In this document: positions 63,322-64,000 of the stretch, piece by piece
Layout: each line of letters starts with the position of its first letter
Numbering within the stretch: position 1 is the stretch's first letter
Assembly: GCA_040954595.2 (NCBI GenBank)
Contig: CM082585.2
Coordinates: 6,163,808 to 6,227,807 of the forward strand
Direction: 5' to 3'
DNA from: Balanoglossus misakiensis
Lineage: Eukaryota > Animalia > Hemichordata
Length of the DNA: 64,000 nt
Translations under genes and position numbers: made by a program
Notes under the pieces: model-generated
The model's input: the letters and a program-made list of their open reading frames with translations, nothing else
What the model was told of the DNA's origin: nothing
Database searches by the model: none

Positions 63322-64000
63322 CCTTGACTTTAAATCTCTGAGTGGCAACACAGTACTGTTATTTGCTTCAAATTTAGCAGGCGCAAAACTCTCCCAGCGT
63401 CAAGCTGAGAAAATTCTCCTGTACATTTTATTTTCATGCACCACAAAGGGTCAATATGGGAGCTACAGTGTCAACTGCGCTATTATTGCATTAATGGTAA
63501 TAAACGTTTGTAAGTGAAAGAAAGTAAGCTTTATTGAAACAGCAACTCAGTAAACAAGATACGGCAAAGCAGAAGTAACTACATCTCGAATTCAGAATAT
63601 TGCACATATTAACTATTTGACAACTAATACTGAGCTTAATTTAAGATTTGCAGTTCATTTAAATACAGTACATATGTATGACCTATAAAAACAAGTTCTA
63701 ATTTAACCTGGCCCATAATTCCTTCTATATGTTCTTGCAAACAAAGTCCCAACTCTTGCTATAGACTCATTTCACCCAAACGCTATTTATAAATTAATCA
63801 AACCATGGCTACAATTCACCTGTTCAAACTTCATGTTGAACAGCCAATCACAAATCATCTTGTAAAACATGCAAATTTCTTACACCGGCCACCATAAAAT
63901 ATATGGAACACCTTCAGCGAATTGTTTTACATTATTTTTAATCATTTCACCATCTTTCATCAAAACAGTTTGAAAATAGGGTACTTCATAAATTGTTAAT

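Overview
Intron-rich eukaryotic DNA, probably from a marine invertebrate deuterostome (hemichordate- or echinoderm-like; this is inference only). I read five spliced protein genes, all on the + strand. (1) A near full-length type IV collagen alpha2-like chain: 38 exons traced at 12262-39965, 7S to NC1; the signal-peptide exon was not found. (2) An NHLRC3-like secreted NHL beta-propeller (42319-44610). (3, 4) Two tandem-duplicated short pancreatic-lipase/PLA1-like genes lacking the PLAT domain (46854-49218, 52497-55510). (5) DCUN1D1/DCN1 (58010-60849). Introns and intergenic DNA carry many non-autonomous DNA transposons of different TSD classes (TA, TTAA, TTA, 4 bp, 9-10 bp). The most unusual items are: a 2.3 kb TIR element whose Cys-rich ORF has TGA at a Cys position; ultra-short TAG...CTA hairpin elements with 9-10 bp TSDs; a ~41 bp CCAAT/splice-donor array after the first collagen exon found; and a ~49 bp motif shared by distant collagen splice acceptors. 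Most ORFs in the supplied track are spurious or are exon fragments. All coordinates were read by eye.
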